Below, in pieces: positions 60,090 through 64,000 of a DNA stretch of 64,000 nt; position 1 is the first letter of the stretch, and every line of letters begins with the position of its first letter. The notes beneath the pieces were generated by a model. The model ran no database searches. It was not told the DNA's origin and worked only from the letters and a program-made list of their open reading frames with translations. The DNA is taken from NCBI GenBank assembly GCA_937625935.1, contig OW569375.1, positions 248,001 through 312,000 on the forward strand. The letters are read 5' to 3'. The DNA comes from Tetramitus jugosus (taxonomy: Eukaryota > Protista > Heterolobosea). A program made the position numbers and the translations under genes.

Positions 60090-61718
60090 TTAAATAGTGA
60101 CGTTGTATGTCTTCTTGAGGAAGTTTGTTTCCAAGTTGTATGCACCAGGACCTGGTGCTTCATCCTCTACAGTCTTGTGATGGAATCGAATACTTTTCGG
60201 CAGACCATTGCTCGTACTAAGAAATGATTTCGAGGCCTTGTGAGCTAGGAATGCTTCATGATCATAAGTACCTGGACCTGGAGGCGCCATTTTGGGATCT
60301 GGTTTGAATCGAGGAGACTTGGAAACAAATACATCTTGTTGTGAGTATGGATTGGTCTTCTTCTTGAGCCAGTCACTCTTCACTTCGTATTGGCCAACAG
60401 ATGGACCGTCAAGTACATCTTGGCTCACACTAAATAGGTCTCTCTTGGTTCTGGAGACGAATGCTGAGGTTCTGCTGTCATTTTTCTTGACAACAATTAC
60501 TTTATCTGGGGTTTCATAGTCGTACTGACCTGGGCCTGGGGCTTTCGGTTTTTGAGTGTTGAACCTTCTCGATGTCGAACCAAATACACCATAACTACCA
60601 ACCTTACCTTTTGTCTCTAACTCTGCAGCTAAACTTGACATTTTCATATCTTGGTCGTACGTTCCAGGACCTGGCAGGGGAGACGAACGACGTGGACCAG
60701 AAAATCGTTCTGTTGTTGATGAAAAGGGCTTTCTTACTACTGGCAATGAAGCTGATGGTATCGGTGATGTTGAGTAGTAACCAGGCCCAGGCATAGGTTG
60801 TATGAGTACGCTTTCTGGAGCAGTAAAGATCCTCACAGATGTACTACCAAAGTTCTGGTTCTTCTCGGGTACCTTTTCAACTAAGAAGGATGATTTATAC
60901 CCATACTCTCCAGGTCCAGGTGTTTGTTCTTTGGGAGCTGAAAACAAATCTCCCCTACCAGATCCTGACAGAAACACTGCACTCTCCTGTCTGATAGACT
61001 TTGGTTGCTGATAGTGTAGCAAGTGTTCTGCCCGCTCTGTATCATACTGACCTGGTCCTGGAGCGACAGTTCTCGACTGAAACACCTCTCTTTTAGTAGT
61101 GCTCCTGAATGAGCTTCCTGTTTCTCTTTTCCTTGTCAGATATTCTTCATTCACATAGTATTCGCCTGGTCCTACTCGGTCTCTACTATCACCCGAATGC
61201 CCGTTCTGAGGCGCACTTTGGGGAATCAACTCCCCTCTAGGCCCCTCTTCGTATCCATGAGATTGGTTCGAAGAGGGGATTGATGGAATGGAGGAAATCT
61301 TGCTCCACATTTGTGAATGAGTATGACTCGGTGGTTCTCTTCGAACCGGAGAGCTCGACCTTCCAATCATCACAGGAGTATTGTAGCTACCAGGACCAGG
61401 AACCTGAGAACTTCTCATATTCTCTCCCTTGGGATCAAATCTGGATGTTTTTGATCTAAAATTCGTTGAAGCAGCTCTCCTCTTCCTCACCGATGATTCT
61501 CTGTAATAAGAACCAGGACCGGGTAGTTCCTCCTTCTCCTTGTCAATATAAACCGGTTCTCTTTTCGAAGTACTGCTAAAAGGAGTGCTCGTAAGGCGCA
61601 AGTGACTCGTTGGATCAATCAGCTCTGACGTCCGGTAAGATCCTGGTCCAACATGACTCAACGTTTGAGGTTTTGTGAAGTGATTATAGTCTCTCGCTGA
61701 CCGTGAGGTAAAAGCCAT
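60090..61718 (-). CDS. STPG2: SHIPPO / sperm-tail PG-rich repeat flagellar protein (STPG2-like)
   Basis: Starts MAFTSRSAR; about 12 (P)GPGxY repeats interleaved with F-S-x-x-R-F motifs. Confidence 0.8.
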   Translation of the reverse strand: MAFTSRSARDYNHFTKPQTLSHVGPGSYRTSELIDPTSHLRLTSTPFSSTSKREPVYIDKEKEELPGPGSYYRESSVRKRRAASTNFRSKTSRFDPKGENMRSSQVPGPGSYNTPVMIGRSSSPVRREPPSHTHSQMWSKISSIPSIPSSNQSHGYEEGPRGELIPQSAPQNGHSGDSRDRVGPGEYYVNEEYLTRKRETGSSFRSTTKREVFQSRTVAPGPGQYDTERAEHLLHYQQPKSIRQESAVFLSGSGRGDLFSAPKEQTPGPGEYGYKSSFLVEKVPEKNQNFGSTSVRIFTAPESVLIQPMPGPGYYSTSPIPSASLPVVRKPFSSTTERFSGPRRSSPLPGPGTYDQDMKMSSLAAELETKGKVGSYGVFGSTSRRFNTQKPKAPGPGQYDYETPDKVIVVKKNDSRTSAFVSRTKRDLFSVSQDVLDGPSVGQYEVKSDWLKKKTNPYSQQDVFVSKSPRFKPDPKMAPPGPGTYDHEAFLAHKASKSFLSTSNGLPKSIRFHHKTVEDEAPGPGAYNLETNFLKKTYNVTI

Positions 61719-61934
61719 TGTTTGTCTATGCAATAAATAAACTAGATAGCAAATCAATGTACATGCAAAAGCAAAAAACAAACACTGTTTTCCGTTTTTT
61801 CGCTGTTTGTTCGCATGTAGGACAAATTCGTAGATTATCGACCGACCGTTTCACTTCTCTCATGAAACATGAAAAGACCATATTCTTCGATTGAAAAAAG
61901 GAAACTTTTATTCTTGGTCCGTGAGTACAATCTA

Positions 61935-62432
61935 TCACTGGATATGGTATGGCAAGTCATGAGCCGAAACAATTAGTTGATACACAAGCATCGCAAGAGA
62001 GCAACAAACTCCTATTACGAGACCGAGCAACAATAGTCCTCCACTGGTTTGAGCATAACTTCGGGCCACTCTCGAAGCGCTCTTTCGATACATGAAGTAA
62101 CACAGGACCCAAAATAGGCCACCCATAAAGAATCCCAAGATGAAGAAGACTAAAGCCATTCGCTCTTCACTTTTCAATTCCTGATCATAGACAGGGTTGC
62201 GACTACCGTAGGGATAGAATTGTGTGGGAGGTGGAGGTGCCATCATATGAGGAGAATAACCCTGTTCTTGTTGTTGATAGTAAGTCGGATACATGGGGAC
62301 ATACTGTGCGGATTGCTGTTGTTGGTACATTGGCGCAGGGTGAGGCACCTCAGCGCCCTGCTGATGATGTTGAATCGATACAGGGGAATGATGCTGAGTT
62401 GGAGTGTTGTGTGATTGGTCGTTGTAGAGCAT
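61935..62432 (-). CDS. Small membrane protein with P/Q/Y-rich N-terminus
   Basis: ALVFFILGFFMGGLFWVLCYF...KSASRVARSYA plus a second hydrophobic helix. Confidence 0.65.
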   Translation of the reverse strand: MLYNDQSHNTPTQHHSPVSIQHHQQGAEVPHPAPMYQQQQSAQYVPMYPTYYQQQEQGYSPHMMAPPPPTQFYPYGSRNPVYDQELKSEERMALVFFILGFFMGGLFWVLCYFMYRKSASRVARSYAQTSGGLLLLGLVIGVCCSLAMLVYQLIVSAHDLPYHIQ

Positions 62433-62743
62433 CTCTGTGATTGGTTTCTTGGGTTTTGGGTGTATGGAGAAAATACAATCAAAGATTTTTTTGGTTTTTT
62501 GAAGTTGGTTGACTAATTCTGGTCACCTAACTTTGCAGATGACTGTCTTTAATTCACCTGCTGTAAATCTCGTGGTGCAAGGTGAGTGCTGTTAGAGTTG
62601 GATTGATCGAACAAGTATCTGTGGTTAAGAATTTTCATTGCATGACTCAGAGAACTTTCCGAACTCAACGAACAAGTCAAGTGGAAGGAGTTCACATTTT
62701 GAATTCCCGTACTGAAAAAACTGATCAAAAAAAAAGGACTCTG

Positions 62744-63850
62744 ATGACACAAACAGAAGGTAACCATTTTCGAAGGAGGGATGCTTGTGTAACGAAGAGT
62801 AAAGTGATTGAAATAGGTTCTCTACTTTGCAAGGACGCTTGGTCGATCGTTGTCGAGTTTTGTGACACTCGAGAATGGTTGCAATTGAGTTACACTTGCA
62901 AAGGAATTAATCAATTCAAATTTCATCGATTGCTCACGTTCAACAAGAAGAGAACTCTTGTAAAAAATTTTAGTAAAAGAAGGATTGAACACTGGTTTCG
63001 ACTGGGAAAAGAAACATTGTTCAATGTTGACTTGAATGAGAATCCCTACGTGGTGGATGAACAATTCCAATACCTGGAAGGTATTCATACACTGAGTATG
63101 AGTTGTTGTAGGAATCTCACGGACAAGGTATTTCCTCATTTAGTTGGCATTCACACACTCAATATGAGTGGTTGCAAGAGAATCACAGATAATGTATTTC
63201 CATATTTGACAGGTATTCATACACTCAATATGAATAGTTGCAAGTATATCACAGATAATGCAATGAGTCATTTAGTTGGTATCCACACACTCAGTATGAG
63301 TCGCTGCAAGGGAATCACAGACAACGCATTTTGTTATCTGGCTGGCATTCATACGCTTGATATGAATAATTGCAGGAGAATCACAGACAAGGGATTGTCT
63401 CATTTGGTTGGTATTCACACACTCAATATGAGTTGGTGTACTCGTATTCCAGACAACGCATTTTGTTATCTGGCTGGCATTCACACACTTGATGTGAGTA
63501 ATTGCAGCGATATAACAGACAATGCATTTTCACATTTAGTTGGAATTCATACACTCAACATGGATTGTTGCAGACAAATCACAGACAAAGCATTTTGTTA
63601 CTTGGTTGGCATTACGGCACTCAGTATGGTTTTTTGCAGCAAGATTACAGACAAGGGATTGTCTCATTTGGTTGGGATTCAGACACTCAATATGAGTTTT
63701 TGTCATCAAAAATCGATCACAAGGAAAGCGTTTGTGTATTTAAAGGGTATTCGCTCACTCCATTGGTATAATCACCAAAAAAACGATGATTTCATCGCAA
63801 AGTTGCTTGAATCTTGTGGGCCCAGTGCTAGTTTCGCATTAACATTGTAA
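62744..63850 (+). CDS. F-box-like / Cys-containing leucine-rich repeat protein (22-aa repeats)
   Basis: Likely ATG at 62744; F-box-like LCKDAWSIVVEFC...LSYTCK; about 10 repeats of LxGIHTLNMSxCxxITDxAFxx. Confidence 0.85.
   Translation: MTQTEGNHFRRRDACVTKSKVIEIGSLLCKDAWSIVVEFCDTREWLQLSYTCKGINQFKFHRLLTFNKKRTLVKNFSKRRIEHWFRLGKETLFNVDLNENPYVVDEQFQYLEGIHTLSMSCCRNLTDKVFPHLVGIHTLNMSGCKRITDNVFPYLTGIHTLNMNSCKYITDNAMSHLVGIHTLSMSRCKGITDNAFCYLAGIHTLDMNNCRRITDKGLSHLVGIHTLNMSWCTRIPDNAFCYLAGIHTLDVSNCSDITDNAFSHLVGIHTLNMDCCRQITDKAFCYLVGITALSMVFCSKITDKGLSHLVGIQTLNMSFCHQKSITRKAFVYLKGIRSLHWYNHQKNDDFIAKLLESCGPSASFALTL
63074..63760 (+). repeat. 66-nt tandem coding repeat (LRR), about 10.5 copies
   Basis: Recurrent GGYATTCAYACACTCAATATGAGT and ATCACAGACAA; GACAACGCATTTTGTTATCTGGCTGGCATTCA recurs exactly 132 nt apart. 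Confidence 0.9.
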
Positions 63851-63852
63851 AC

Positions 63853-63993
63853 TCAACCACGTGGTTCAATTGCCTCTTTGTTCTTATACTCATTGTCACA
63901 TGTTGATTCTTGTTTACAATCCTTCTTGTCGTCAAATTCACATCCACATTCGACCCAAGGCAATATCAAACTTAACACACCATCGTCTGCAGA
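63853..63993 (-). CDS. Possible terminal exon of a gene starting beyond the window (HSP20-like C-terminus?)
   Basis: After a possible TAG acceptor the frame reads SADDGVLSLILPWVEC...EPRG-stop; DGVLxxxLP recalls the alpha-crystallin last strand. Confidence 0.25.
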   Translation of the reverse strand, partial: SADDGVLSLILPWVECGCEFDDKKDCKQESTCDNEYKNKEAIEPRG

Positions 63994-64000
63994 CTACTGA

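Overview
Gene-dense eukaryotic nuclear DNA, not prokaryotic. It carries about 33 protein-coding loci, intergenic gaps often under 200 bp, and short GT-AG spliceosomal introns (65-122 nt; GTATGT/GTAAGT/GTACGT donors, often a CTAAC-like branch site). The standard genetic code is used. Gene content and style (GH25 lysozyme, class I PI3K, SHIPPO flagellar protein, IHTLNMS-type LRR, DUF4419) suggest a free-living amoeboflagellate, plausibly a heterolobosean; this taxonomy is inference. Recognisable genes: ubiquilin, F-box/WD40, ACSF3, RluA/D pseudouridine synthase, Nol9/Grc3, aldo-keto reductase, p31comet, lysozyme, P5 ATPase, syntaxin, acyl-CoA oxidase, FAD monooxygenase, APC permease, DUF2009, SDHAF4, ERGIC3, SET protein, HAM1-like protein, PI3K, 7TM protein, arrestin and STPG2. 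Most notable: (1) a pseudokinase-kinase gene whose otherwise intact second kinase domain lies just behind an in-frame TAG; (2) a TM-less syntaxin and an F-box protein that both end in CaaX boxes; (3) a stand-alone, catalytically dead RNase Z-like protein; (4) a P5 ATPase with altered TGES and M4 signatures; (5) a frameshifted GH16 pseudogene; (6) recurrent E2F-like and TCACCTAA promoter motifs. No rRNA, tRNA, CRISPR array or intact transposon was recognised. All family calls come from motif recognition by eye, not database searches.
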